A stretch of DNA of 64,000 nt. Origin: Peptidiphaga gingivicola (GTDB lineage Bacteria > Actinomycetota > Actinomycetes > Actinomycetales > Actinomycetaceae). This document shows positions 7,873-17,983 of the stretch, piece after piece (the first letter of the stretch is position 1; each line of letters begins with the position of its first letter). A program made the position numbers and the translations under genes. The stretch spans positions 383,672-447,671 of the forward strand of contig NZ_LVZK01000003.1 of NCBI RefSeq assembly GCF_001652275.1, given 5' to 3'. The notes beneath the pieces are model-generated. The model had not been told where the DNA came from. It did no database searches and saw only the letters and a program-made list of their open reading frames with translations.

Positions 7873-10842
7873 GTGGCGCGCGACACCGTCGCCGCACTCG
7901 CCCTTCCGACGCCGGCGCCGCAGGAGCCGCGGGAAACCGACGTCGCCGTTCCGATGCCGTCCTTGTGGCAATCTTGTGGGGTGACGAACGAAAAGCCCGA
8001 CGCCCCAGCCCTCAACCTTGCGCTTGACAGGCTCGAAGACGCCTTCGGATTCACGCCCGACGGCGACGCCGTCTACGAGGAGTTCTCGAACTGGGCCGAA
8101 TCGACGGGACGCCCCCTCTACCCCCACCAGGAAGAGGCTCTTCTGGCTGCCGTTTCAGGCGACAACCTGATCGTTTCCACGCCGACGGGATCGGGCAAGT
8201 CGATGGTCGCGCTCGCGGCGATCTTCACCGCCCTCGCACACGGGCGGAGCGCCTACTACACGGCACCGCTCAAAGCCCTCGTCTCGGAAAAGTTCTTCGA
8301 GCTCATCGCGGCCTTCGGCGCGCACAACGTGGGCATGGTCACGGGTGACTCGTCCATCAACGCCGGGGCGCCGATCGTGTGCGCAACGGCGGAAATCGTC
8401 GCGAACATCGCGTTGCGCGAGGGCGACGCCGCGGACATCGGCGTGCTCATCGCCGACGAGTTCCACTTCTACGGCGATCCCCAGCGCGGGTGGGCATGGC
8501 AGGTCCCCCTCCTGGAGCTCGCCTCGACCCAGCACGTCCTCCTCTCCGCCACTCTCGGCGACACGTCCTTCCTCGCGGAAGACCTGAGCAAACGCACCGG
8601 CAGGAACACATCCGTCGTCGACCGCGCCGAGCGCCCCGTCCCCCTCGCGTTCTCCTACTCGCGCGAGCCCCTCGGCGAAGTCGTCCTCGAACTCGTCCAC
8701 ACCCACCGCGCCCCCGTCTACGTGGTCCACTTCTCACAAAAGGAGGCCGTCAGCCAAGCGCAGGCCCTGCTTCCGATCAACCTGACGACGAAGGCCGAGC
8801 GCGAGCTCATAGCCAAGGAGATCGGCGATTTCCGCTTCGGCCCCGGCTTCGGAAAAACGCTGTCCAAACTGTTGCGATCGGGCATCGGCGTCCACCACGC
8901 GGGGCTGCTCCCCCGCTACCGCCGGCTCGTCGAAAGGCTCACGCAAGCCGGACGGCTCAAGGTCGTCTGCGGCACGGACACCCTCGGCGTCGGGATCAAC
9001 GTCCCCATTCGAACCGTGCTCCTGACGTCGCTGTCGAAGTTCGACGGAACCCGTTCACGCCACCTTTCGGCCCGCGAGTTCCACCAGATCGCGGGCCGGG
9101 CGGGCAGGGCCGGGTTCGACACGGCGGGCGACGTCGTCGTCCAAGCCCCCGAGTACGAGATCGAAAACGCGAAAGCCCTGGAAAAAGCCGCCGGGGACCC
9201 CAAGAAGCTCAAGAAACTCGTTCGAAAGAAAGCCCCCGAAGGCGTGGTGCTGTGGGGAGAGAAGACGCTCGCGCACCTGCAGAACGCGGCGCCGGAGAAG
9301 CTGGCCTCGCAGATGCGCGTCAACCACGCCATGATCCTCAACCTTCTGCAACGCCCCGGGGATTCGGTGGCCGCCGCCGTCCGTCTGCTGACGGACAACC
9401 ACGAGCCCAAAACCGAGTCGAACCCCCTGCTCAGAAGGGCGGTCGAAATCTACGAAACGCTCCGTTCGGCGGGGGTCCTCGTCCACCACGACGTCCAATG
9501 GCAGGCCGCCCACCCCGGCGAGTCCGCGGTCGATTTCGCTCGCGAGGTTCCGAGCGACTTCGCCCTCAACTCGCCTCTGGCTCCCTTCGCGCTTGCGGCC
9601 CTCGACCTGCTCGAACGCGAGTCCCCCGACTATCCGCTCGACGTCGTCTCGGTGGTAGAGGCCGTCCAAGAGAATCCGATGCAGGTGCTCTATGCGCAGG
9701 AGCGCGCAGCGCGCGGCGAGGCGATCGGGCGGATGAAGGCCGCCGGAATGGGCTACGAGGAGCGGATGGCCGAGGCGGACTCCATCACGTGGCCGCGGCC
9801 CCTCGCGGAGCTTTTGGAGGGGGCGTTGGCCGTCTACCGTCAGACGAATCCATGGGTGGACGGCTACGACCTCACGCCGAAATCGATCGTGCGGGAAATG
9901 GTGGAGCACGCCGAGACGTTCTCCGAGTTCGTCTCACGCTACGACCTGGCGCGCAGCGAGGGCGTGCTTTTGCGCTATCTCTCGGACGTCTACAAGGCCC
10001 TGCGGCAGACCGTGCCGCTCGAGGCCCGCACGGACGAGGTCGACGAGATCACGCAGTGGCTGGGGACTCTCGTGCGCTCGGTCGACTCCTCGCTCCTCGA
10101 CGAATGGGAGGCCCTAGCAGACGGCAGGGTGACGCCTGAGGAGGCCGCGCGCATGTCCGGCGAGGCCGAAGGCGGGCTCGACGAGGTCGCCTTCGGGGCG
10201 GACGAGAACGGCGCCGCTGCCTTTACCCGCAACCGCCACGCCTTCAAAGCCGCGGTCCGCAACGCAGCGTTTCGCAGGGTCGAGGCCGTTCAATTCGAGG
10301 ACCTCGAATCCTTGGACCGCCTCGACGGCGAGCCCGCGTGGACGGAATCCAGCCGGTTCGGGGACGCCGGCAGCCAAGTCGGGGACGAGAGCGGCGAGGC
10401 CGAGGCTGTGGGCGGCGCGGCCGGGGCCACACGCAGCGAAGCACAAGACGCACGCAGCGAAGCAGGGGACGAAGGAAGCCGGGCGACGCTCGCAAACCGC
10501 GAAGCGGGGCCCGTATGGGACGGCGACGCCTGGATGGACGCCACCGATCCGTACTTCGACGTCTACGAGAGCGTCGGCATCGACTCCCACGCCCGCGGAA
10601 ACGAGTTCTTCCGAGTACAAGAACAGGCCGATGCCGCAGACCTCGCCGAGACGGGCGTGCCCCGCGAGGTCGCCGAAGCCCTCGTCGAGGGAAAGCAACC
10701 CGGCCGCCTGTGGATCGTCACGCAGGTTTTCGACGACGGCGAAGGCGACGGCGGCTGGGGCTTCCGCGCATTCGTCGACCTCGACGAATGCGACGAGCTG
10801 GGTGCGGCGAAGCTTCGGGTCGTCCACGTCGGCGAGCTGTGA
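7873..10842 (+). CDS. DEAD/DEAH-box superfamily-2 helicase with a long C-terminal extension (Lhr / DUF3516-type)
   Basis: Motif I TPTGSGKS, DEAD-like ADEFH, motif VI QIAGRAGRAG. The start codon is uncertain (candidates 7873 or 7951). Confidence 0.8.
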   Translation: MARDTVAALALPTPAPQEPRETDVAVPMPSLWQSCGVTNEKPDAPALNLALDRLEDAFGFTPDGDAVYEEFSNWAESTGRPLYPHQEEALLAAVSGDNLIVSTPTGSGKSMVALAAIFTALAHGRSAYYTAPLKALVSEKFFELIAAFGAHNVGMVTGDSSINAGAPIVCATAEIVANIALREGDAADIGVLIADEFHFYGDPQRGWAWQVPLLELASTQHVLLSATLGDTSFLAEDLSKRTGRNTSVVDRAERPVPLAFSYSREPLGEVVLELVHTHRAPVYVVHFSQKEAVSQAQALLPINLTTKAERELIAKEIGDFRFGPGFGKTLSKLLRSGIGVHHAGLLPRYRRLVERLTQAGRLKVVCGTDTLGVGINVPIRTVLLTSLSKFDGTRSRHLSAREFHQIAGRAGRAGFDTAGDVVVQAPEYEIENAKALEKAAGDPKKLKKLVRKKAPEGVVLWGEKTLAHLQNAAPEKLASQMRVNHAMILNLLQRPGDSVAAAVRLLTDNHEPKTESNPLLRRAVEIYETLRSAGVLVHHDVQWQAAHPGESAVDFAREVPSDFALNSPLAPFALAALDLLERESPDYPLDVVSVVEAVQENPMQVLYAQERAARGEAIGRMKAAGMGYEERMAEADSITWPRPLAELLEGALAVYRQTNPWVDGYDLTPKSIVREMVEHAETFSEFVSRYDLARSEGVLLRYLSDVYKALRQTVPLEARTDEVDEITQWLGTLVRSVDSSLLDEWEALADGRVTPEEAARMSGEAEGGLDEVAFGADENGAAAFTRNRHAFKAAVRNAAFRRVEAVQFEDLESLDRLDGEPAWTESSRFGDAGSQVGDESGEAEAVGGAAGATRSEAQDARSEAGDEGSRATLANREAGPVWDGDAWMDATDPYFDVYESVGIDSHARGNEFFRVQEQADAADLAETGVPREVAEALVEGKQPGRLWIVTQVFDDGEGDGGWGFRAFVDLDECDELGAAKLRVVHVGEL

Positions 10843-10896
10843 CCCCCGGTCCAGCCCGAGTGCGCTGTATGGTCCGGACGCACCCGCGGAACTCGG

Positions 10897-11045
10897 TGCG
10901 CCGACGCGCTCTCCGCAGACGAGGGCTGCAGGGGATCGAACGTCGCAACCTTGGCGACCGCGCCACGCGTTCTCGCCCGCAGACGAGGGCTGCATGCTCC
11001 GTAATCGTCTGGATTCCTTGCGCAATCCGGCTCTCGCCCGCAGAC
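10897..11045. repeat. Three direct repeats, 60-64 bp apart, with core CTC(G)CCCGCAGACGAG(GGCTGCA)
   Basis: Repeat units start at about 10897, 10961 and 11021 in the intergenic region between the helicase and yggS. The core resembles the CTCTCGCCCAGAC of the 6356/6416 repeats. Confidence 0.6.
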
Positions 11046-11135
11046 GAGTCTCCAGGCTCCGGCCCGTTCGAGGCCTTGCGCACCTGCCGGGTACGGGCGC
11101 CCGCTAGAATTCAAGGGTCGAAAGGGATGGTATAG

Positions 11136-12035
11136 ATGAACGAAAACGGCGGCAAAGGCACCGGCGGCATCGAGACGAGCCGAGTCGACGCAAACGGCGG
11201 CCGGGCAGGCGGCGTCGAGACGAACGGCGTCAACTGGTCCGGCCAGGAGACCAGCTTCGAGGGCATCTCTCGGCCGGATGTAAGCGAGATCGCGGGGCGC
11301 TGGGAGAGTCTGCGCGACAAAGTGGCCGCAGCCGCGTCGCGCGCGGGGCGCGAGGAGAATGCCGTCTCGATTCTGCTGGCAGCCAAGTTCCAGGAGCCCG
11401 AACGGGTCGCCGCAGCCTTGCGTGCCGGAGGCAGCCTGATAGGCCACAACTACATCCAGCAGTTGGAGGAGGGCGAAAGGGCTCTGACCGAGCTGGGCGC
11501 GCCCTTCCACCGAGTCCACGTCATCGGCCACGTGCAGGCGAACAAGGCCGGCAAGGCAATCCGGGCAGCCGACTGCATCGAAACCGTCGATTCGCCCAAG
11601 CTCGCTGCGCGCCTCGACCGGCTGCAAGGCGAACGCATCTCAGCGGGCGAGCTCCGAAAGGACGGCAGCCCCCTCGGCCCCTTCGACGTCATGATCCAGG
11701 TCAACTCTGCGGGCTCCGAATCTCAGCACGGCGTGGATCCGAGCGGCGTCGTCGACCTCGCCGGCGCCGTTGCGGACTTGCCGAACCTGCGCCTCGTCGG
11801 GCTCATGCTCATCGGCGCGAACACCGACGACGTCGCCGCGGTGGCCGCCTCCCATGCGCGCGTGCGCGAGCTGCGGGATGCCGTTCAGGCCGCCGGCGTC
11901 GCCAGCTGCACAGAATTGTCGATGGGCATGACGGGCGACATGGAAATCGCCATTGCCGAAGGCTCGACGGAGGTTCGAATCGGCACGGCCGTGTTCGGGC
12001 CGCGTCCCGTCATGAAGCAAACCCGCTCGCAATGA
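11136..12035 (+). CDS. yggS: YggS-family pyridoxal-phosphate homeostasis protein (alanine-racemase N-domain fold), with a Gly-rich low-complexity N-terminal extension
   Basis: AAGGGA ribosome-binding site before the ATG. Conserved YggS blocks (ILLAAKFQ...; VIGHVQANKAGKA; SMGMTGDMEIAIAEGSTEVRIGTAVFG). Confidence 0.8.
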   Translation: MNENGGKGTGGIETSRVDANGGRAGGVETNGVNWSGQETSFEGISRPDVSEIAGRWESLRDKVAAAASRAGREENAVSILLAAKFQEPERVAAALRAGGSLIGHNYIQQLEEGERALTELGAPFHRVHVIGHVQANKAGKAIRAADCIETVDSPKLAARLDRLQGERISAGELRKDGSPLGPFDVMIQVNSAGSESQHGVDPSGVVDLAGAVADLPNLRLVGLMLIGANTDDVAAVAASHARVRELRDAVQAAGVASCTELSMGMTGDMEIAIAEGSTEVRIGTAVFGPRPVMKQTRSQ

Positions 12036-12140
12036 AACAAACCCGCTCGCGGTAAAGCAAGACAAAAATCATAAAGCAAAACCGCTCGCAATGAAGCAAA
12101 CCCGCTCGCAATGAGGCAAGACAACGCCATGAAGAAGGCA
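12012..12140. repeat. Tandem array of about 20-bp units (ATGAAGCAAACCCGCTCGCA) x5-6 between convergent genes
   Basis: Read directly. The first units overlap the yggS stop codon. Confidence 0.75.
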
Positions 12141-12181
12141 CGCTTCGCCATGAAGTATCGTCAGCTGCCGGCCTAAGGGCA

Positions 12182-13093
12182 CTACGGAATGCGCGCCAGC
12201 CAGGCCGGGTCGGCGAATTTGGCCTTGGCGAGGCTCTCGGCGGCGATCAGCTCGTCGGGGCGGTACTTTGCTCTTCTCACCGTGCGCCCGCGCGCCAGCG
12301 ATTGGCGAAGCGCGTCGATGACGTCCTCGCGTGCCGCGTCGACGTAGGAGCGGATTCCCACCACCTTCTTCTGCGCGCTTTTCGTGCCGCGCGCGCCGGT
12401 GTCCGGCCGGAAGAGCCGGGTGACGGCCAGCAGCTGCTCGGTTTCGATCTCCCAGCTCATGACGGCGTGATGGATCGTCGCTCCCCCGGCGAGCCTGCGT
12501 TGGGCGGCGCCGCCGATCTTTCCGTCGAGGGTGGCGATGTCGTTGATCGGCATGTAGAAGGCCGGCACCCCCATTTCCTTCAGGGCACGCAGAACCCACG
12601 AATCGCACAGGGCATAGGATTCGCGCAGGCTCAGGCCTGAAAGGGCCGCGCTTGGCACGATCACCGAGTAGGCGACCGCCCGGGCGGGGTCCATATACAT
12701 CGTCCCTCCCCCGCTTGCCCGCCGCGCCAGTGCGATTCCGCGTTTTTTCGCGGCTTCGACGTCGATCTCGTTGCTCAACGACTGCGAGGAGCCGATCACC
12801 GCCGCCGTTTCACTCCAATTCCAGAGGCGAACAGCCGCCGGGCGCACGCCGCCTGCGACGCTCTCTGCGACGGCGTGGTCAAGCGCCAAGTTCAAAGCGA
12901 CCGAAAGAGGGCGCGATTCGAGCAGGTCGAATCGGGAGGGGAGGCCGGCGGCGCCGTCGGCCTCCGGAAGGCGGACGCCGTGGGCCTCCGGAAAGCGGTA
13001 GGCACCGGGCTTTGACGAGCGGCCGACGCCAGGCTCTGCCGCTCGACTAAGCGAGCCGATAGAGCCAACCGTGGCGGTCTTCGACCTTTCCAA
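12182..13093 (-). CDS. Lipoate-protein ligase family protein (LplA/LipB catalytic domain)
   Basis: RLWNWSETAAVIGSSQS and ALARRASGGGTMYMD match LplA signature blocks. The annotated start overlaps the ilvE stop by 47 nt, so the true start may be internal. Confidence 0.7.
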   Translation of the reverse strand: MERSKTATVGSIGSLSRAAEPGVGRSSKPGAYRFPEAHGVRLPEADGAAGLPSRFDLLESRPLSVALNLALDHAVAESVAGGVRPAAVRLWNWSETAAVIGSSQSLSNEIDVEAAKKRGIALARRASGGGTMYMDPARAVAYSVIVPSAALSGLSLRESYALCDSWVLRALKEMGVPAFYMPINDIATLDGKIGGAAQRRLAGGATIHHAVMSWEIETEQLLAVTRLFRPDTGARGTKSAQKKVVGIRSYVDAAREDVIDALRQSLARGRTVRRAKYRPDELIAAESLAKAKFADPAWLARIP

Positions 13094-14180
13094 GCTGGAT
13101 TCCCGTGATTCGGTCGTAAATCGTTCTCGTCACTTTGTTTCCGGGGATCTCCACTCGGAAGTCTTTGCCGGAGAGGGAGCCGATGGACGTGATGACCGCA
13201 GCCGTTCCGCAGGCGAACATCTCGGCGACGGCGCCGCTCTCGATTCCGGCCAGCACATCGGCCAAGGCAAGGGTCTCTTCGCGGACGTCCGCGCCGTCGT
13301 CGCGCAGAAGCTGGAGAATCGACGAGCGGGTGCAGCCCGCCAAAATGTTGCCGGTGAGCTTCGGGGTGCGGATCGACCCGTCGGACATCACGACGAAGAC
13401 GTTCATGCCGCCGAGCTCGTCGATGTTCGTGTCGGTGGCTGCGTCGAGGAACATGACCTCGTCGTATCCGCCCTCGTGCGCGATCGTCTTGGGCAAGAGG
13501 GAGGAGGCGTAATTGCCTCCGGTCTTCGCGTCGCCCATTCCTCCAGGGCCGGCGCGGTGGAATTCGCGTTCTACCCACACGTCGATCGGTTGGAAGCCGT
13601 TGGTGAAGTACGCGCCCGAGGGCGAGGCGACTGCCAAGTACTCGTAGCGTTCGGCGGCGCGGACGCCCAGAAACGCTTCGGAGGCGAAGATGAACGGCCT
13701 GAGGTAGAGGGAGGAGCCGGGCGCGTTGGGAACCCACGCGGCGTCTTGGCGCACGAGGTTGACGAGCGATCCGATGAAGGCCTCGTGTTCGAGCTCGGGT
13801 ATTGCCAACCGCCGATTGGAATGGTTGAGGCGGGCCGCGTTGTACGTGGGCCTAAACGTCCAGATCGAACCGTCCTCGTGACGGTAGGCCTTCAGCCCCT
13901 CGAACGTTTCTTGGCCGTAGTGCAGCACCGCGCCGGCGGGGTCCAAGGAAAGCGGGCCGTATGCTTCGATCCTGAAGTCGTGCCACCCTTTGTCCGGCGT
14001 CCACACGGCGTGGGCCATGTGATCGGAGAACCGCTTTCCGAATCCCGGGGCGGCAAGCACTCCTTCGCGTTCGGCGTCGCTCGCCGGATGCGGGTTGGGC
14101 CTGACATCCCACGTGCCGACAAGGTCGTCGGCGGCGGGCACGGCCTCCATCGACGCCAGTTCAAGATCCGTGTAACTCAT
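13047..14180 (-). CDS. ilvE: Branched-chain amino-acid aminotransferase
   Basis: Start MSYTDLE at 14180, internal to the 580-aa ORF. Conserved fold-type IV aminotransferase blocks (FEGLKAYR, GGMGDAKTGGNY). Confidence 0.85.
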   Translation of the reverse strand: MSYTDLELASMEAVPAADDLVGTWDVRPNPHPASDAEREGVLAAPGFGKRFSDHMAHAVWTPDKGWHDFRIEAYGPLSLDPAGAVLHYGQETFEGLKAYRHEDGSIWTFRPTYNAARLNHSNRRLAIPELEHEAFIGSLVNLVRQDAAWVPNAPGSSLYLRPFIFASEAFLGVRAAERYEYLAVASPSGAYFTNGFQPIDVWVEREFHRAGPGGMGDAKTGGNYASSLLPKTIAHEGGYDEVMFLDAATDTNIDELGGMNVFVVMSDGSIRTPKLTGNILAGCTRSSILQLLRDDGADVREETLALADVLAGIESGAVAEMFACGTAAVITSIGSLSGKDFRVEIPGNKVTRTIYDRITGIQLGKVEDRHGWLYRLA

Positions 14181-14314
14181 AAGATCACTTCTTTCTCGGG
14201 GCAATGAGTCGATTCTAGTGCCAGATCGGCACCGGGCGATTCCGATCGCCTCGGCGATCCACGTGCCGCACGGTTCGCGGCACGCCCGTTTCAGCGTGCA
14301 GCAAGGCTCGTATC

Positions 14315-15379
14315 TCAGCCGCGGACCAGAGCCGCAACGGCGTTTCCGACGTCCGACGTCGAACGTTTCAAAGGTGCGCCCGCCTCGGCTGCGGAAGCCC
14401 TTGCGGCCATGTCGGATTCGATCGCGTCCTCGATCGCCCGGGCGTGCTCGGCGAGCCCGAGGTGGTCGAACATGAGAGCCACCGAGGCGATTGTCGCCGT
14501 AGGGTCGGCGATCTGCTTGCCCGCGATGTCGGGGGCCGATCCGTGGATCGGCTCGAACATGGACGGGAAGGCCTTCTCGGGGTTGATGTTCCCGGAGGCG
14601 GCAAGCCCTATCCCGCCTGTTATCGCGCCGGCTTCGTCGGTGAGGATGTCGCCGAACAGGTTGTCCGTCGCGATCACGTCGAATCGGGCGGGATCGGTGA
14701 CTAGGAAGATCGTCGCGGCGTCCACGTGCATGTAGTCGACTGCGACGTCGGGATATTCCGCGCCGACCTCCTCGACGACGCGCCGCCACAGTCCGCCGGC
14801 GTTGACCAGAACGTTGTGCTTGTGCACGTATGTGAGCTTCTTGCGGGGACGCGCCTGAGCCTTGGCGAAGGCGTATCGCACCACGCGCTCTACGCCGTAG
14901 GCGGTGTTGACTGACACTTCGGTCGCTATTTCGTGGGGGGTTCCCTGCCGGACGACGCCGCCGTTGCCGCAGTAAAGCCCCTCGGTCCCTTCGCGAACCA
15001 CGAGAAAGTCGATGCCGCCCGAGTCGGCCAACGGCGTCGGCACTCCCGGATAGTGCCTATTTGGCCGGAGGTTGACGTAATGGTCGAGCGCAAAACGCAG
15101 CTTGAGGAGGAGGCCGCGCTCCAGCACGCCCGAGGGGACTCGGGGATCGCCTATCGCCCCCAAGAGGATCGCATCGCGCCCCTTGATGTCTTCGAGGTCC
15201 GCGTCCGTGAGGGTCTCGCCCGTTGCGAGGTACCGGCGTGCGCCAAGGTCGTATGTGTGGGTTGCGATTTCCGGCCCGCCGAGGGCTTCGCACACCGCAT
15301 CGAGAACCTTCAGGCCTTCTGCCACAACTTCAGGGCCGATTCCGTCGCCGGGAATCACTGCGAGGTCTATGGACGTCAT
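14315..15379 (-). CDS. leuB: 3-isopropylmalate dehydrogenase
   Basis: N-terminus [13 protein letters not shown] and the typical IDH/IMDH motif [11 protein letters not shown]. Confidence 0.85.
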   Translation of the reverse strand: MTSIDLAVIPGDGIGPEVVAEGLKVLDAVCEALGGPEIATHTYDLGARRYLATGETLTDADLEDIKGRDAILLGAIGDPRVPSGVLERGLLLKLRFALDHYVNLRPNRHYPGVPTPLADSGGIDFLVVREGTEGLYCGNGGVVRQGTPHEIATEVSVNTAYGVERVVRYAFAKAQARPRKKLTYVHKHNVLVNAGGLWRRVVEEVGAEYPDVAVDYMHVDAATIFLVTDPARFDVIATDNLFGDILTDEAGAITGGIGLAASGNINPEKAFPSMFEPIHGSAPDIAGKQIADPTATIASVALMFDHLGLAEHARAIEDAIESDMAARASAAEAGAPLKRSTSDVGNAVAALVRG

Positions 15380-15607
15380 GGATCTAGGATATCGGCTGTT
15401 CAAAATACGGGATTCTCATCTCACAATTCGGACGGTCTGCGCGTCAGGTCTGCTTGCGTTCGAAGCCAAGGCGAACGGGATGCGAGCCCGGCCTTGGCGG
15501 GCTCGCATCGACAACGGGCTTTAGGGGCCACGCAGGCGGCCTGTAGAAACGCCGTTCCGTGGGCTTTCGAGGTTTGCGGGATCTCCAGGTTCAGGCGATC
15601 CCCAAGC

Positions 15608-17983
15608 TTAGGGGATCTCCAGGGACCAATTGCCTCCCGTGGTGTCGATCAAAATCAAACTTTCGCTGGTCTTTGCCGGGATAGTGACATCCTTTTCAAC
15701 GGCTGCCTTTTGTTCTTTGATGAAAGAATTCGCCTTGGAGCTGCCGTCGGTGGGCCACAGAGTGCCGGTGATTCGCCCTTTGGAGGTGTTGCCAACGTAC
15801 TTGAAGGTCGCCGATGCCTCGCCCCCGCGATACAAGAAGGTCTCATATGAGTTTCCGGCTATAGTCGCACCCTGCGAAATCGTTGGAATAGAAGAGATCG
15901 GATAAACGCGGATCATCCATGGGCCGGGGGCCGTCACCTTGATCTTCGACGTCTGTTTCCCGTTGGCGAAGGCGTCGAGCGGGAAGGTGCCCGTCGCCTT
16001 CTCGTCCTTGACCATTCCGCCAAAACGCTCCGTTTCCGATCCGCCGGCGTCCTCAGCCTCAAAAAGGAAGAGTCCGTAATTCGACGCCGGATTGACTTCA
16101 AAGTAAAGAAGAACAGGCCGGCTTCCCTGGGGCTTTTGGATGTCTATCGTTTGAGGACCGTCGCCCTGGTATTCCTTGAACGTGCCGGTGAGCGCAGGCC
16201 GGGTCGGTTTGGAGGGGGCGACCGTGCTCGCCGGAGTGCTTTCGTCGTCCGTCGGCTTATGGGGGTCGGGACTCTTGCTTCGGGGCGACGTCGTCGTGGA
16301 CGTGGACGGCGAAGACTTGCCGGTGGATTCCTCCTTGTCGTCCTTCATCAGTTTTGGCAAGAAGATGATCGCGGCGGCGATGGCGATGACGGCCACCACC
16401 GATATAACCGCCAAACCGGCTTTGCTTGTGAGGAAGGACTTTCGAGGCGTGCCGTCAAGGCCGAAGGGCATACCGGTACCGAAGTCCGACGAGGCTCCGT
16501 AGGTCGGCTGGCTCGGGCCCTGGCCCTGAGCGGAGTAATCGACTCCCGAACTCGGCAACGCCCCTCCCGCCATTTGGCTTTCGGGGGCCGAAGTTCCAGG
16601 TTCCGCGGACTGCCCGATCCCGGCTTGCGAGGCGAATCCCGCTTGCGGGCCGGCCGACGGCGTAAATGCCGGCTGCCCCGAGGAGCCCTCGAGCCCCTGC
16701 TGGCTTGGGGGCCCTTGGAGCCTCGACTGGCCTGACGAGCCCGAACCCCCAAAACCCGATGGAGCCGAAGAAACCGATGGAGGGAACCCCGGCTGGCCTG
16801 ACGCACCTGACTGCGGAAAACCCGGTTGGCCTGACGAGCCCGGCTGCTGGAAACCCGGCTGGTCGGCGAAGCTGTATCGCTCGGTGGGTTGATAACCGGA
16901 ACTTTGAGCAGAGGACGACGACGAAGCCGACGGCGCCGGCCCAGCCTGTGAAGGACCCGGCGCGGGTGCGCCGAACGGAGGCCGCGCGGGCGCGGCTTGC
17001 CCTGCACCGGGCGCCGACTGCGCAGAACCAGGCGCTGGCCGACCTGTACCAGGACCCGACCGACCCGCACCAGGTGCCGACTGCGCAGAACCAGGCGCCG
17101 ACCGGCCTAAGCCAGGCGCCGACTGAGCCGAACGTGACTCCGACTGACCGCCACCGGGGATTGGCTGCCCGGAGCCTGCCGGTCCCGGATGGAACGGAGG
17201 CCGCCCCGGGCGGAAGGCGGATTGCCCCGGAGACTGCTCGGAGTCAGAGCCCACTTGTCCCGAAGCAGACGTCGGCTGCGCGCCGCCAGATTCGAATTGC
17301 CGTGAGCCAGGCGCGGAAGCGGGACGTTCCGAGCTTGGCGCCGAGTAGGCCGACGGCGTCGAGAAGGCACCCGGGGCGGAACCGCTGTCTGAGGGGGCTT
17401 GGCCCCCGGCCGGGACGTTTCGCCCTCCGGGGACGAAAGGCTGTCCGCCTCCGGCAGAGCCCGCGGACGCGAACCTCGGGCGCGAAGACTCTGGCGCGGC
17501 GCCGGCCTTGAAAGCGGGGCCGGGCGCGGCATTCGCCTGCCCGGAATGATCCGGAGTCCGCTGCTGCGAACTCGGCTGCTCGGGCGGCGCTGCGTGCGCG
17601 CCAGAGCCGTTCCTTCTCCTCGAGGCACGCCTCGGCAAGCGGGAAATGGTTTCGTCGGCAGAGTTCGTGCTCCGGTCAAAGTCGCCGGAATCTCCGGCGG
17701 AAAGTGAACCTCCCCGGGAAGGCGACGTGGAGGAGTTCGAATCGTCGGGGAAACGAGTGTCGTCGGATGCGTATGAAGACTCGGGCGCGTACGGCGAATC
17801 GGACGAATCGGCCGGCGACGAGGCCGAAGGAAGAAGGGTGGCATCGACGTCGATGTCCTCCACCCAGAAGTTCCAGCCAGCGGGGGCCGGGCCCCAAGCG
17901 GGATCGGGCCTCCAACCAGCAGGAGGGGTCCACCCGTCGGGCGCCGGCGGCCAGTTCGGCGGTGGGTTGAATCTTTTGGACAT
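15608..17983 (-). CDS. Large Pro/Gly/Ser/Gln-rich low-complexity membrane protein: a disordered N-terminal region, one transmembrane helix, and a folded C-terminal domain of about 280 aa
   Basis: 791 aa from Met at 17983 (MSKRFNPPPNWPPAPDGW...). TM segment AGLAVISVVAVIAIAAAIIFLP. Compositionally extreme middle region with imperfect repeats (SAPGAGRS, GQPGF). Confidence 0.65.
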   Translation of the reverse strand: MSKRFNPPPNWPPAPDGWTPPAGWRPDPAWGPAPAGWNFWVEDIDVDATLLPSASSPADSSDSPYAPESSYASDDTRFPDDSNSSTSPSRGGSLSAGDSGDFDRSTNSADETISRLPRRASRRRNGSGAHAAPPEQPSSQQRTPDHSGQANAAPGPAFKAGAAPESSRPRFASAGSAGGGQPFVPGGRNVPAGGQAPSDSGSAPGAFSTPSAYSAPSSERPASAPGSRQFESGGAQPTSASGQVGSDSEQSPGQSAFRPGRPPFHPGPAGSGQPIPGGGQSESRSAQSAPGLGRSAPGSAQSAPGAGRSGPGTGRPAPGSAQSAPGAGQAAPARPPFGAPAPGPSQAGPAPSASSSSSAQSSGYQPTERYSFADQPGFQQPGSSGQPGFPQSGASGQPGFPPSVSSAPSGFGGSGSSGQSRLQGPPSQQGLEGSSGQPAFTPSAGPQAGFASQAGIGQSAEPGTSAPESQMAGGALPSSGVDYSAQGQGPSQPTYGASSDFGTGMPFGLDGTPRKSFLTSKAGLAVISVVAVIAIAAAIIFLPKLMKDDKEESTGKSSPSTSTTTSPRSKSPDPHKPTDDESTPASTVAPSKPTRPALTGTFKEYQGDGPQTIDIQKPQGSRPVLLYFEVNPASNYGLFLFEAEDAGGSETERFGGMVKDEKATGTFPLDAFANGKQTSKIKVTAPGPWMIRVYPISSIPTISQGATIAGNSYETFLYRGGEASATFKYVGNTSKGRITGTLWPTDGSSKANSFIKEQKAAVEKDVTIPAKTSESLILIDTTGGNWSLEIP

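Noticed and set aside
8379-10139. 586-aa Arg-rich ORF and other antisense ORFs inside the helicase gene
   Set aside because: Off-frame or antisense to a gene with clear SF2 helicase motifs.
13047-14789. N-terminal 200-aa Arg-rich extension of the ilvE ORF
   Set aside because: The conserved aminotransferase begins at the internal Met (14180). The upstream part has non-protein-like composition.
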